Positions 33,057-44,141 of a DNA stretch of 64,000 nt are shown one piece after another; positions within the stretch are counted from its first letter, which is position 1, and each line of letters begins with the position of its first letter. The stretch covers positions 62,001 to 126,000 of IMG/VR virus record IMGVR_UViG_3300032236_001613, one strand, 5' to 3'. The notes beneath the pieces were generated by a model. The model was not told the DNA's origin. It saw only the letters and a program-made list of their open reading frames with translations, and did no database searches. The position numbers and the translations under genes are program-made.

Positions 33057-36000
33057 ATGGCTGTACTTAGCTTTCCAAAAACAAGAACCGACGGTAGTCC
33101 TTTACAAATTGGTGATCAATATACTGGAGGTAATGGCGTATTATATACCTACGATGGCGTTAAATGGATTGGCCACTCTCCTGCAGTAAATCCCGGCGCT
33201 AACTCGATCGCTAACAACAGCTTTGTTGTACAGGTCGACACTAGCGGAAACCTTGTTATTCCTAATAGCGCAACTATTGTTTATGAAAGCGGAGTTCCTG
33301 TTACTAGTAATGTATTAGTTAACAATTCGTTTACAGTATTTTTAAGTTCTACAGGCACTTTATCATTTATTAATACCAGTGGGCATGTTATCGATTCTCT
33401 TATTACTAATGCTGGTGCAAGTCAAAATGATCTCGAAATATCAGCTGACAATAATATAATACTTGCAACAAATGTTGCAACTACACTTTCAAATTTTTGG
33501 ACATTTTCAACTACTGGCTCATTAACATTCCCAAATAATACAGTACAAAATACTGCGTGGACAGGAACTATGGCGTGGACCCAGGTAACTGGCAATCCAC
33601 CGTTAGGTTATACTGGTAGTATTGGCTACATCGGTCCTCTTGGCTATGTCGGTAGCCAAGGAGATATCGGGTACACTGGTTCAACAGGATATAGCGGATT
33701 CGACGGATACACAGGTAGCCAAGGAGACATTGGGTATACTGGTAGTGCTAGTGATGTAATTGGTTACACAGGCAGCTATGGAGACTTGGGTTATACAGGT
33801 AGTAAAGGTGCTGGATATACTGGTAGTGCTGGTAATGATGCTGTTGGATATTCAGGTAGTATTGGTTATACAGGCAGTTCAGGTATCGGATATGCCGGCA
33901 GTAATGGTGCTAATGGATATGTCGGCAGTATTGGATACATTGGATCATTTGGTTATACTGGAAGTATCGGATACACTGGTTCAATTGGCTATAATGGAAG
34001 TATTGGCTATACTGGAAGTATAGGATATACAGGTTCGGTTGGATATACTGGAAGTATTGGTTATACTGGAAGTATTGGATACACCGGTTCAATTGGCTAT
34101 AGTGGCAGTATCGGATACACTGGATCATTTGGATATAGTGGCAGTATTGGGTACAACGGTTCAATCGGTTATGTAGGTAGTGCAGGTTCATCAGGAGTGT
34201 TAAACCTCAGTGCCGGAACAGGAATAACCGGAAGCATTAATACCGCTACACAAACATTAAACATAAGTGCTACTGGTGTACAAACAATAAATGGAACAAA
34301 TAACCAAATTACAGTTACTCCAGGTGTTGGGGGTGCTGTTACATTAAGTACTCCTCAGAATTTAAATACTACTGCATCTGTTACGTTCCAAAATCTTACA
34401 GTTAATAATCTAACTGTAAACTCCACCCTTACTGTTGCAACTAACGCTAGTGTTGCAAATAAAGTTATTAATCTTGCTTATAGTGCTACAAACGTAACGC
34501 AGATCGACGGCGGCGGAATTGTTCTAGGTACTGGAACATTCCAACAGAGCATTTTATACAGTCAAGCAAATAGCTACTGGAATTTCCAAGGTGCTGGAAT
34601 TAACGTAAATCAGATCTCAGCTTCAACTGCTACTATTGTTGGTCAATTAGGTGTTAGTGGAAATGTTAACCTAAATACACAATACCGAACTATCAACTAT
34701 CCTAATGCTGCTTTACAAATAGATAGTAGTGCTAATACTTCTACACAACTTATTGCACAGAATCATTTTACTGGAACTCAAGCATCAAACGATATTGTAA
34801 TCGTAAACGATAAAGGAAACAACAGTCAAAACTATATTGATATAGGAATCAACAGTAGTGTCTATGCCGATCCTAACTGGACTTCAAATGGACCGAATGA
34901 TGGTTACTTATTCGTCGATGGTGGTAATCTTACTATTGGTACAGATACCCCAGGAACTTGGGTAAGATTCTTTACCGAAGGCACATTAGCAAATAACATT
35001 GCTGTAGATATTTCAACTACAAACATTACATTATATAATAGTGTTGGCATTGTATTTCCAGATTTAACTAGACAAACATCAGCATGGAATACTTCAACTT
35101 CTGTAAAATGGACTCAAATTACAGGTGCTCCTAATGTTACAGGATATACTGGATCATTAGGCTATACAGGTAGTAAAGGTTATACTGGTAGTATTGGCTA
35201 TTATGGATCGATTGGTTACACTGGTAGCATTGGTTATATTGGTAGTATTGGTTATACTGGTAGTATTGGCTATTATGGATCAATTGGTTACACTGGTAGT
35301 ATCGGTTACACCGGTAGTATTGGCTATTATGGATCAATTGGTTACACTGGTAGTATCGGTTACACCGGTAGTATTGGCTATTATGGATCGATTGGTTACA
35401 CTGGTAGTATCGGTTACACCGGTAGCATTGGCTATGTAGGTAGCTCAGGCATCGGCTATTATGGATCAATCGGTTACGTGGGTAGCTCAGGTGGTGGTTA
35501 TACTGGTAGTATCGGTTATGTAGGTAGTTCTGGAATCGGTTACTATGGATCCATTGGTTACGTAGGTAGCTCAGGTGGTGGTTATACTGGTAGTATTGGT
35601 TATGTAGGTAGCTCAGGTGGTGGTTATACTGGTAGTATCGGTTATGTAGGTAGTTCTGGAATCGGTTACTATGGATCCATTGGTTACGTAGGTAGCTCAG
35701 GTGGTGGTTATACTGGTAGTATCGGTTACGTAGGTAGCTCAGGCGGCGGTTATACTGGTAGTATTGGGTACTATGGATCGATTGGTTATACTGGATCTGC
35801 AAGCACTGCTGCTGGTTATTCAGGAAGCATCGGCTATGTAGGTAGTTCCGGAATTGGTTACTATGGATCAATTGGCTACGTAGGTAGCTCAGGGGTTAGC
35901 TACACTGGATCAATTGGCTACGTAGGTAGCTCAGGGGTTAGCTACACTGGATCAATTGGTTATACCGGATCTGCAAGTACTGTTGCTGGCTATTCAGGAA

Positions 36001-36236
36001 GCATCGGCTACGTAGGAAGCATAGGCGGAGGCTACACCGGTTCAATTGGCTATGTTGGATCATTTGGTTACTATGGATCGATCGGCTACGTAGGTAGCAC
36101 AGGTAGCGGATACACTGGTTCAAACGGCTATGTTGGATCGCAAGGTATTACCGGACCTATCGGATATGTAGGTAGTATCGGGCAGGCGCCTATAGGATTA
36201 ATATTAGCAACTGTAATGGGATATAATTTATTATAA
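33057..36236 (+). CDS. Collagen-like tail fibre protein
   Basis: Two long (G-X-Y)n GYTGSI tracts flanking a beta-rich module. Confidence 0.85.
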   Translation: MAVLSFPKTRTDGSPLQIGDQYTGGNGVLYTYDGVKWIGHSPAVNPGANSIANNSFVVQVDTSGNLVIPNSATIVYESGVPVTSNVLVNNSFTVFLSSTGTLSFINTSGHVIDSLITNAGASQNDLEISADNNIILATNVATTLSNFWTFSTTGSLTFPNNTVQNTAWTGTMAWTQVTGNPPLGYTGSIGYIGPLGYVGSQGDIGYTGSTGYSGFDGYTGSQGDIGYTGSASDVIGYTGSYGDLGYTGSKGAGYTGSAGNDAVGYSGSIGYTGSSGIGYAGSNGANGYVGSIGYIGSFGYTGSIGYTGSIGYNGSIGYTGSIGYTGSVGYTGSIGYTGSIGYTGSIGYSGSIGYTGSFGYSGSIGYNGSIGYVGSAGSSGVLNLSAGTGITGSINTATQTLNISATGVQTINGTNNQITVTPGVGGAVTLSTPQNLNTTASVTFQNLTVNNLTVNSTLTVATNASVANKVINLAYSATNVTQIDGGGIVLGTGTFQQSILYSQANSYWNFQGAGINVNQISASTATIVGQLGVSGNVNLNTQYRTINYPNAALQIDSSANTSTQLIAQNHFTGTQASNDIVIVNDKGNNSQNYIDIGINSSVYADPNWTSNGPNDGYLFVDGGNLTIGTDTPGTWVRFFTEGTLANNIAVDISTTNITLYNSVGIVFPDLTRQTSAWNTSTSVKWTQITGAPNVTGYTGSLGYTGSKGYTGSIGYYGSIGYTGSIGYIGSIGYTGSIGYYGSIGYTGSIGYTGSIGYYGSIGYTGSIGYTGSIGYYGSIGYTGSIGYTGSIGYVGSSGIGYYGSIGYVGSSGGGYTGSIGYVGSSGIGYYGSIGYVGSSGGGYTGSIGYVGSSGGGYTGSIGYVGSSGIGYYGSIGYVGSSGGGYTGSIGYVGSSGGGYTGSIGYYGSIGYTGSASTAAGYSGSIGYVGSSGIGYYGSIGYVGSSGVSYTGSIGYVGSSGVSYTGSIGYTGSASTVAGYSGSIGYVGSIGGGYTGSIGYVGSFGYYGSIGYVGSTGSGYTGSNGYVGSQGITGPIGYVGSIGQAPIGLILATVMGYNLL

Positions 36237-36249
36237 CGGAGATTTAAAA

Positions 36250-37011
36250 ATGTCAGGTAATTCAAACCCAATTTATTCGAGGGTAGGTGATATACAAGGA
36301 GCCTATGCATTAATTAATGCGGCTAACGATTATACAGGTACAGGGCCTAATAATATACCTATCTTCACATCAGACTATACTAACGGCGGCTATGTACAGC
36401 GTTTGAGATTCAAAGCTTTAGGCACAAACATAGCTACTGTAGCAAGGATTTTTATCAACGATAATGATTTAGGGGCGCAAGGAGCTCTATATCAAACCTC
36501 ACCATTAACAACTGCTACTAACTTTAGTGCTACTCCTAGCACGACAGGTGGAACATTATATCCTGGAACTTTTTATGGAAAGATACAAGTAGTTGACCAA
36601 TGGGGCGGAGTAACAGCATTTTCTACAGAAACTAGTGCTGTTGTTGCAGGTTCAGGTGCCGGAAGTATTACTTGGAATTGGGGGGCTGTATCTGGTGCTG
36701 CATCGTACAGACTGTACACAGGACCTGTATCAAATTCTGAGGTTGTATTTTTTACAACTACTACCAATGTATATACACAAACAAATGCAGTAGTACCTGG
36801 AGAAATAGCTAGCCCGGCAGATTATCAAATTAACAACTATTTTGTTGGTGAGATTTCTTTACCTGCTACAACAATATCAGCAACTGCTGCAACTCCTGAT
36901 ATTGATTATCCTATGAACTTGGCGTTACCTCCGGGATATAGAATTTTAGTAGGGCTCGGAACAGCAGTAGCTGCTGGGTGGAGTGTAACTGCAATAGGCG
37001 GAAAATACTAA
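36250..37011 (+). CDS. Tail-associated protein with FN3-like segment
   Basis: ITWNWGAVSGAASYRLY; Thr-rich. Confidence 0.7.
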   Translation: MSGNSNPIYSRVGDIQGAYALINAANDYTGTGPNNIPIFTSDYTNGGYVQRLRFKALGTNIATVARIFINDNDLGAQGALYQTSPLTTATNFSATPSTTGGTLYPGTFYGKIQVVDQWGGVTAFSTETSAVVAGSGAGSITWNWGAVSGAASYRLYTGPVSNSEVVFFTTTTNVYTQTNAVVPGEIASPADYQINNYFVGEISLPATTISATAATPDIDYPMNLALPPGYRILVGLGTAVAAGWSVTAIGGKY

Positions 37012-37985
37012 TGTTAGATGTTTTTAATATACCCGGTGCTACTAAATCCGATGTACAGACGTTTACTGCAAACTCAACTGTAGCAGGCGGCAGCTGGTAT
37101 ACATGGCGTAAACCTAGAGGTATTTCTTTCATACATCTCTTCCTTTTAGGAGGCGGTGGTGGCGGAGGAAGTGGATTCATAGGTGCTGCTAGTAATGCTG
37201 CCGGCGGCGGCGGAGGTGGGTCATCCGCTCAAGCTAATATGATATTTCCTGCATGGGCTTTGCCAGATATTCTTTACATTTCCGTAGGAAGTGGAGGAGC
37301 TGGCGGCAATGCTGGTAACGGCGGTAATGGAATAGCCAGTTATGTATCAATTGATCCTAGCATTACCGTAAATAATCTGTTATCTATCGCAAGCGGAGGC
37401 GTAGGTGGTGGTGCTGGTAGTGCAACTACAGCTGGAGCAGTAGGTACCGCAGGTGCTGCATCTGCATCTACCGCAGCATATCTAGCAGGATTAGGATTTT
37501 TCTTTGGCGGAAATACTGCTGCAAACTTTAATCTTATTGGATCAGCTGGAATTATCGGAGCAGCGATCGGCGGTATTGCAGGTGGAAATTTAACGTTACC
37601 CGGAGCTTCAAACACTAACGCAGGATTAATTGTTACAGGTGGGGCGTCTGGAGCTTCTCTAGGTGCCGCTGCAAGCACAGGATTTGCTGGTGGTAATATC
37701 ACAGGTGCTGGGATTTTTCCAACAAGTAGCGGTGGAGCTGCAGGCGGAACAACAACAGCTCCGGGCGGGAATGGAGCTGGCGGGTTTTCACCTATTAAAG
37801 GATTACTTTACTTTTATGGCGGCACTGGAGGGGCTAGTGGTGGCGGTGCTGGAGGCAACGGCGGAGTTGGTGGTAATGGAGCGAACGGAGCAGGCGGTGG
37901 CGGTGGCGGTGCTGGATTAACTGGTACGACTGGCGGACAAGGTGGCCGAGGCGGCGATGGGATTGCAATTTTAACTGCTTGGTAA
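37011..37985 (+). CDS. Glycine-rich tail fibre tip-type protein
   Basis: W.KP.G...I....GGGGGGG..GGGGGS; ends GGRGGDG.A..W; start at 37011. Confidence 0.8.
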   Translation: MLDVFNIPGATKSDVQTFTANSTVAGGSWYTWRKPRGISFIHLFLLGGGGGGGSGFIGAASNAAGGGGGGSSAQANMIFPAWALPDILYISVGSGGAGGNAGNGGNGIASYVSIDPSITVNNLLSIASGGVGGGAGSATTAGAVGTAGAASASTAAYLAGLGFFFGGNTAANFNLIGSAGIIGAAIGGIAGGNLTLPGASNTNAGLIVTGGASGASLGAAASTGFAGGNITGAGIFPTSSGGAAGGTTTAPGGNGAGGFSPIKGLLYFYGGTGGASGGGAGGNGGVGGNGANGAGGGGGGAGLTGTTGGQGGRGGDGIAILTAW

Positions 37986-38002
37986 ACATATAGGAACAAA
38001 AG

Positions 38003-40168
38003 ATGTCATTATTATTTCCCACAAGTCCAAACGTAGGTGATACATACCGTGCAGATAACGGTGTAGTTTATACTTGGACTGGTGATCGTTGGAGTGCTGC
38101 ACAAACAGTACAAAATCTCGGACAAACTATTCCAGTAGCATATGGTGCTCAGATCGTTAACAACGGTTATTCATTAAATGTTGACACAGGTGGAACTGTA
38201 ACTCTTCCAATAAGCACACAATCGGCTATCAAAATAGAAAGCGGCGATATTTCTCTTAGAGCAGGATTTCATACTTGGATCGCTGATTCGGTGCAAGGAG
38301 GAACATATGCTAAAGCAGTTACCTTAGATAGCCAAGGAAACACTATTATTATTGGTGTTGATGATCAAGGCAATCAACCTGGGTACATGATAAAATTAGA
38401 CACCCGTGGGAATGTCATATGGCGTCAAGATATAACAGCTAATGTCGCTACCAGCTCTACTGCATGGTGGGAAGGATATGGGTTATGCGTTGACAATTCT
38501 GACAATATATATTCAACTATTAACTATCAATATGGGACTAACGCAGACAATAGCCCTAATAGAGAAATTGAATTAATAAAATTTGATCCTAATGGAAATA
38601 TTGTGTGGAGTAGTAGTTTTGGATTCTACGGAACAGACTTAGGATTCAGTCTTGCTCACGACGGCAACACAGGCATTGTGTTAGCAGGTCAAACACAGGC
38701 TTTAGATACCAGTACATATGATATATTTGTTGCTAAATTTGATCAATTTTCCGGAACAGCAACATGGCAGACTATTATAGGTAATATAGGCTCCGACGAA
38801 AACGAATACGGCATGGCAGTAAACACTAATACCGGTAAGATATTAGTAGTAGGATCTAGCAATGCTCTTATTAACGGCAATAATAATTCATCTTCTATGA
38901 TTGTTGTAGTACAGCTTGACGGCGTAACAGGAGCAGCAGATTGGCAAAACTCCTATGCCAGTTCATTGACTAATTATAATAGCTATGCTACAGATGCTGC
39001 TGCAGAACCCGGCGGTGGATGGTATGTTTACGGCGTACATAATGTTGCTAATTATAATTCTGCTGTATCAACTGCAAGGTTAGATTCTACAGGTAACATT
39101 ATATGGAGTTACTTATACGACGAAGGATGTTTAAATATCTCTGCTGCGATTGATACAGACGAACAGGGAAATTTATACGTAAACTATTTTACATTTGTAC
39201 CTATTAAAAATCAATACTATTTTGGTATAGGTTTTGGAAAATATACTCCCGATGGAACGTTTATATGGCAACGGTATTTAACTAACACAACAACAGATGT
39301 TCTCACAGTTGGTGATTTATGGTTCAGTGGTCCAGATCCATGGACAGATAGATTAGGTCAAACACTGGCAGTAAGAAACGGGCGTCTTGCAATGACTGGG
39401 GTTACATTCAACGGCTACAGCGAGACTAATCCAAAAACATTTGTACTTAATACCGAGGTTAACGGTGAACTTATTGATACAGGCAATTACAGAACAGTAA
39501 CCAGCAATTTTGTTCCTACTCCTGATACCTATATTGTAACCGCGTCGAATTATACCGTAACAAATATTACCGGCGGTAATGGTCCTTTATTTGCAGCAAG
39601 TGCAGACAATTCGATTGTAACAACCGCAACCACTATTACTTTAAATACCTATACTGATTATACTACATGGAAATTTAAACATACTGGCGGATTAGAGTTC
39701 CCTGATAAAACTGTACAAACTACAGCTTATCCTGGACAGAACCGTGTGTGGAGAAGCCCTAGCCCGAGTGAGTGGAGTATCACTGAGTGGGATTCAGGAG
39801 GAGTATTTAACTATGATGGAACAACTCCTACTATCTGGTTTGATCCTCGCAATTGTCCTGCTACTACAGATACCTATCTATTTCGAGGAGCAATAATTAG
39901 CTATCATGCTTATATCTTAGGCTCCGGTACTTGGATTGGAACCATACATTTAGCTTGCGATTATCCTACAGGAAATTGGTCAGCAACACATGCTGAAAAT
40001 GCCAATATAAATGGTGTTAATGTCAACGAACCTACTTATCAGTTTTGGGTCACAGATGCTAACTATCCTTACGCATTAACATTTGGAAATACAGTTGCTG
40101 CACAAACTGCAACAACATATATACAGTGGACTGCTAAAATGTTCTACGGCAATGACTACAACTATTAA
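38003..40168 (+). CDS. Tail adhesin with beta-propeller-like repeats
   Basis: DSQGN/DNSDN/DEQGN..W repeats; FP..P..GD.Y N-terminus. Confidence 0.75.
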   Translation: MSLLFPTSPNVGDTYRADNGVVYTWTGDRWSAAQTVQNLGQTIPVAYGAQIVNNGYSLNVDTGGTVTLPISTQSAIKIESGDISLRAGFHTWIADSVQGGTYAKAVTLDSQGNTIIIGVDDQGNQPGYMIKLDTRGNVIWRQDITANVATSSTAWWEGYGLCVDNSDNIYSTINYQYGTNADNSPNREIELIKFDPNGNIVWSSSFGFYGTDLGFSLAHDGNTGIVLAGQTQALDTSTYDIFVAKFDQFSGTATWQTIIGNIGSDENEYGMAVNTNTGKILVVGSSNALINGNNNSSSMIVVVQLDGVTGAADWQNSYASSLTNYNSYATDAAAEPGGGWYVYGVHNVANYNSAVSTARLDSTGNIIWSYLYDEGCLNISAAIDTDEQGNLYVNYFTFVPIKNQYYFGIGFGKYTPDGTFIWQRYLTNTTTDVLTVGDLWFSGPDPWTDRLGQTLAVRNGRLAMTGVTFNGYSETNPKTFVLNTEVNGELIDTGNYRTVTSNFVPTPDTYIVTASNYTVTNITGGNGPLFAASADNSIVTTATTITLNTYTDYTTWKFKHTGGLEFPDKTVQTTAYPGQNRVWRSPSPSEWSITEWDSGGVFNYDGTTPTIWFDPRNCPATTDTYLFRGAIISYHAYILGSGTWIGTIHLACDYPTGNWSATHAENANINGVNVNEPTYQFWVTDANYPYALTFGNTVAAQTATTYIQWTAKMFYGNDYNY

Positions 40169-40178
40169 GGATTAACAG

Positions 40179-41159
40179 ATGACTACTAGAAATTTAAAGA
40201 ATTTTAATGCTAATCAAATAGGGGTATGGGCCGGAGTCAATCCTGTACTTGAGGCAGGATCTTTATCTTGGGATAGTGCTAATGGGTTACGATTACATGA
40301 TGGTGTAACGCCTGGTGGTAATCTAGTCAGCAGTGGTGGAGTAGGCGGACCGATATCTCAACTAACAAGTGGCACAGCCAGTGTCACATTAAACAGTAAT
40401 GTGTATGGCGGTGGACAAAATATATTAAACATAAGCTCGGCAACTTATCTATTATTTAACGGCAGTGGGGATGGCAATCCTAATGAGTTTTTTGCTATTG
40501 GTTTACTACCGGGTGGATTAGAAAACGCAAATACGTCAAGTTTCATCTATAGTGCTAATCAATCATTTAATATTACATTAGTTACTCAACCTCTTAACTC
40601 GCCGCCACTTGCTGCTAACACTTGGACTTATAATGTAGATGGAACAATTACGCTGCCTCTATCAAATTCCGTATCAACTTCGACGATTGTTACCAGTTTA
40701 GGCGAAGGTCCTGACGCTAACTGGAACGATGGTGACGGGCAACCATGGGCAATACGTAATTACACAGGCGGTATAACACTTACATATACTACCGGCACTA
40801 ATCAATACGGAACCGGCGGTTTAATCTGGTTTGATACTTTTAACAATACAGTGCAGTCTCTCCCTCCAGCACCTGCAGGAATGGTTATAAAAGGATTTAT
40901 ACTTGATTATCATTTGATTACAAAATGGGCGGTGAGTTTGAATCCGTTATACGGGGACTTTGAAACCGGAACTATACATAATGTTTTAGGTACCATGACG
41001 CATACTAAAGCCACACAGCCTTGGGGAAATAATGATGTCTTTACAGTAGTTGCTAGCGACACTAATGGAGTATTAAGTTTTTCCCATACACAGGATTGTG
41101 AATTGAAAATTATGTGGACCGCTAAAGTATTCTACCACTATAACGAGAATTACTGCTAA
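40179..41159 (+). CDS. Tail fibre/adhesin protein
   Basis: LSWDSANGLRLHDGVTPGG (Mtd-N-like); C-terminus resembles that of 38003..40168. Confidence 0.7.
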   Translation: MTTRNLKNFNANQIGVWAGVNPVLEAGSLSWDSANGLRLHDGVTPGGNLVSSGGVGGPISQLTSGTASVTLNSNVYGGGQNILNISSATYLLFNGSGDGNPNEFFAIGLLPGGLENANTSSFIYSANQSFNITLVTQPLNSPPLAANTWTYNVDGTITLPLSNSVSTSTIVTSLGEGPDANWNDGDGQPWAIRNYTGGITLTYTTGTNQYGTGGLIWFDTFNNTVQSLPPAPAGMVIKGFILDYHLITKWAVSLNPLYGDFETGTIHNVLGTMTHTKATQPWGNNDVFTVVASDTNGVLSFSHTQDCELKIMWTAKVFYHYNENYC

Positions 41160-41180
41160 TCAAGGAACCAGGAAAGTAAC

Positions 41181-43307
41181 ATGTTAAAACAAATAAATTA
41201 TTCAACAGTAAACTTATATAACGATAATATTGTACTGCCTAACGGAACCTTGGTAATCAATAATGCTAATCAATTAAGGTTGCATGATGGTACCGCAGCA
41301 GGCGGTAACCCTGTAGGTGGCGGTAATGGGTACGAATTAACTTCCGGAACTTACGCAGTATCATTGAGTGGCGATACAGGTATATTAACTTTAAGTACAG
41401 CATCAACTATCTTAGGGGCGGGTTTAGATCCCAATGTCTATATTGAAACATTTACTACAAGTACAACTAGTATCTGGACCTTTGGTACTAATGGTGTATT
41501 AACATTACCTGAGTTAAATCCTATTATTAAAGGTAGTGGTACAGGTACGGATGTTACTGTCGTTGCTACTACTGGTTCTAATACAAGCACCTGGGTATTT
41601 TCAGCAGATGGTAAACTGATGTTCCCTAATAAAGGGCAGATAACAATGCCCACTTATGGACCATACGCAATTATAGATGGCAATCTTGACACTCCTACTC
41701 TAGGAACTGGTGTACTTTACGTTGCTAGTCCGTTGCCTCTAGACACATTATTACAAGTCGGTGACTTAGTTACTGATTCCAACAACCTTCAAACTAACAT
41801 AGTTTCTCCAGGTGTTACTTCCAACAACGACGGTACCTATAATATCTACGTGTATAACAGTTATGTAAGTGTTGCTCAAGGATCATTGACATTTGGCAAT
41901 AACCCAGTATGGCAATTTAAAAATGGCGGAACACTGGCATTGCCAAACGGCAGTAGTATAGATGCTGGTGTTGATGGTCAAGGCATTGGCCTAATCACTG
42001 ATCGTGGCACGATACGATTTGGTAATAGACCAGAGTTAATTGGTGGGCCAAGTCATTACCATATCATGCGAGATCCTAATGCTGACATAGATCTATACTT
42101 TGGTGATGACTATAACTATTTGTTACAGCCTACCGGGGGTGGTATAACAATTGGCAGTAATATTCGTTCAGGTACCGGCACACAATATACCTGGATGTAC
42201 GGCATAGACGGCATCTTGACAGTTCCGGGAACTATCTGGGCTCGTGCCAGTGACAACGGCAGCATTGTATTCAGTAGCGACGGAACAACCGATCACGGCA
42301 GTATCAAAGTCGATGGCGGTCATAACATGATCACCAGCGCAGCAAGCAACTACTATGTCAAGAGAGCTGGACAGGATAGATTTGCCATAACTGATACTGA
42401 TACTACCTTGATGGCCGGCGCCAATCTTGTATTAAAATCAAACAAATCTTCCGCAGAGAAAGTATGGACCTTTGGCACTAACGGCGATTTAACATTGCCG
42501 AATAGCACAGTTATCGGTGACATTATTGGTTCGGTTACACACGTTGCTGTTTGTACCGTAACTACTGGGGACGGTTATAACGGATTTTTCTCTGGGTTTG
42601 ATTTTGGTGCACTGCCTCAAATTGACGGTACGTGGACCGTAAATGGCCCAGGTGTTACCAACGGTGTGATTGACGGGCTTGATTATTATCTGCATCTAGT
42701 TCAGCTTCTAGTGTCGGGTGGTCAGCAATTCCAATCAGGTGGAACATATACATTTAGCAGTATGCCTGTTTATTCTATTGGTTCTAAAATTAGTGTTACT
42801 GGTATAACCTCTACTAGTACTTGGGACTTTTACACTAACGGAGCACTGAAGTTCCCAGACAGTACAGTGCAAACCACAGCTTGGACTGGCAAATTAACTA
42901 ATAACGGGCACGATGTGACGCTAGCATCTAATGGAGCACTATCATTGCCAGGCAATATTACTATCAATGCCAACGTGGAAACAAACGCAAGCGCATCGGT
43001 GGGTTCTTTAGCAGGAGCACCTGCTACTATTTGGACAGCTAGTACGTCTAGTGTTATTGGAGCACAAATTGTTTGTCGTTCAAATGTCAATTACGGACAA
43101 TATGTAGAAATGCTAACAGCAAATATTGTTCAAGATATTAATGGTAATGTTAATGTACTTGTTACAGGACAGGTAGGGTCAACCTCTACCGGATATGGAC
43201 CAACTACAATCACCGCAGGCATCAACAGTGGTACTTTATATGCTGTTGCACAACCAGCTGGAAGCAATGATTCTAACTTTGTTGTTAGTGTAACTGAGTT
43301 TTACTAA
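41181..43307 (+). CDS. Tail fibre protein
   Basis: LRLHDGT.AGG N-terminus; repeated W.F..DG.L..P segments. Confidence 0.75.
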   Translation: MLKQINYSTVNLYNDNIVLPNGTLVINNANQLRLHDGTAAGGNPVGGGNGYELTSGTYAVSLSGDTGILTLSTASTILGAGLDPNVYIETFTTSTTSIWTFGTNGVLTLPELNPIIKGSGTGTDVTVVATTGSNTSTWVFSADGKLMFPNKGQITMPTYGPYAIIDGNLDTPTLGTGVLYVASPLPLDTLLQVGDLVTDSNNLQTNIVSPGVTSNNDGTYNIYVYNSYVSVAQGSLTFGNNPVWQFKNGGTLALPNGSSIDAGVDGQGIGLITDRGTIRFGNRPELIGGPSHYHIMRDPNADIDLYFGDDYNYLLQPTGGGITIGSNIRSGTGTQYTWMYGIDGILTVPGTIWARASDNGSIVFSSDGTTDHGSIKVDGGHNMITSAASNYYVKRAGQDRFAITDTDTTLMAGANLVLKSNKSSAEKVWTFGTNGDLTLPNSTVIGDIIGSVTHVAVCTVTTGDGYNGFFSGFDFGALPQIDGTWTVNGPGVTNGVIDGLDYYLHLVQLLVSGGQQFQSGGTYTFSSMPVYSIGSKISVTGITSTSTWDFYTNGALKFPDSTVQTTAWTGKLTNNGHDVTLASNGALSLPGNITINANVETNASASVGSLAGAPATIWTASTSSVIGAQIVCRSNVNYGQYVEMLTANIVQDINGNVNVLVTGQVGSTSTGYGPTTITAGINSGTLYAVAQPAGSNDSNFVVSVTEFY

Positions 43308-43310
43308 GTT

Positions 43311-44138
43311 ATGGCAATAACAATACGATCAGCACAAACTATCCGCAACGGTGTTACACTACAAGGTGCTCTAAGACCCGACCCTACCATACATAGAAGC
43401 TATCGATATTGGAAATTTTCTGTAACACGTATAGCCGATGCATCTGCTGAAAATAACGATAATTGGCAAATATCTGAATTAGTATTAAAACGTTACGGAC
43501 AACGTATAGATTATACCGGTGCTACAGCATCAAGTACTCCTGGGTTTAATACCTCACCTAGCGAAACTCCTGATCACGCAATTGACAATGACCCTACTAC
43601 AAAACTTTGTATGCAGCCAAGTAGTGGTCAAAGCGGATTGGGATGGCCGTTAATCATCGACTTTGGACGAACAGTTACAGCAGATAGTATGAGTTATTTT
43701 ACTGCCGATGATGTACCTGCAAGAGATCCGGTTGATTGGATATTGTGGGGGAGTGGTGATGGCACAAATTGGAATCCAGTGTTCTGGACAACAGGATATA
43801 CTCCTCCAGTAGATAGATATGTAGAAACTTCCGAGTTTTATTTTAACCCACCATTTGTTAATCATATCACAGTTCCTACAGCTACCGGTGGAATCTCAGG
43901 AACTAATGTTTATCAGGCCTGGACCGCACCCAATGCTAACGGCGACGCATCAATACCTGTAGGTGCTACAGCATTTGGTACTAATCTAAATGATCACATA
44001 GGTGGTATCTATACTGTAACTGGCAATGTGTTAGAAGGCGGCTATCAAAAAATTACTGTAACAGACGGAATAAACAGCACGATCATTAATGTGACAAATG
44101 TGGGTTCTAACGAACCATTTGAAGTATATTGGAATTAA
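43311..44138 (+). CDS. Discoidin/F5/8-type carbohydrate-binding protein
   Basis: QISEL, AID....TK, IIDFG, RDP.DW.L.GS.DG.NW. Confidence 0.7.
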   Translation: MAITIRSAQTIRNGVTLQGALRPDPTIHRSYRYWKFSVTRIADASAENNDNWQISELVLKRYGQRIDYTGATASSTPGFNTSPSETPDHAIDNDPTTKLCMQPSSGQSGLGWPLIIDFGRTVTADSMSYFTADDVPARDPVDWILWGSGDGTNWNPVFWTTGYTPPVDRYVETSEFYFNPPFVNHITVPTATGGISGTNVYQAWTAPNANGDASIPVGATAFGTNLNDHIGGIYTVTGNVLEGGYQKITVTDGINSTIINVTNVGSNEPFEVYWN

Positions 44139-44141
44139 ATT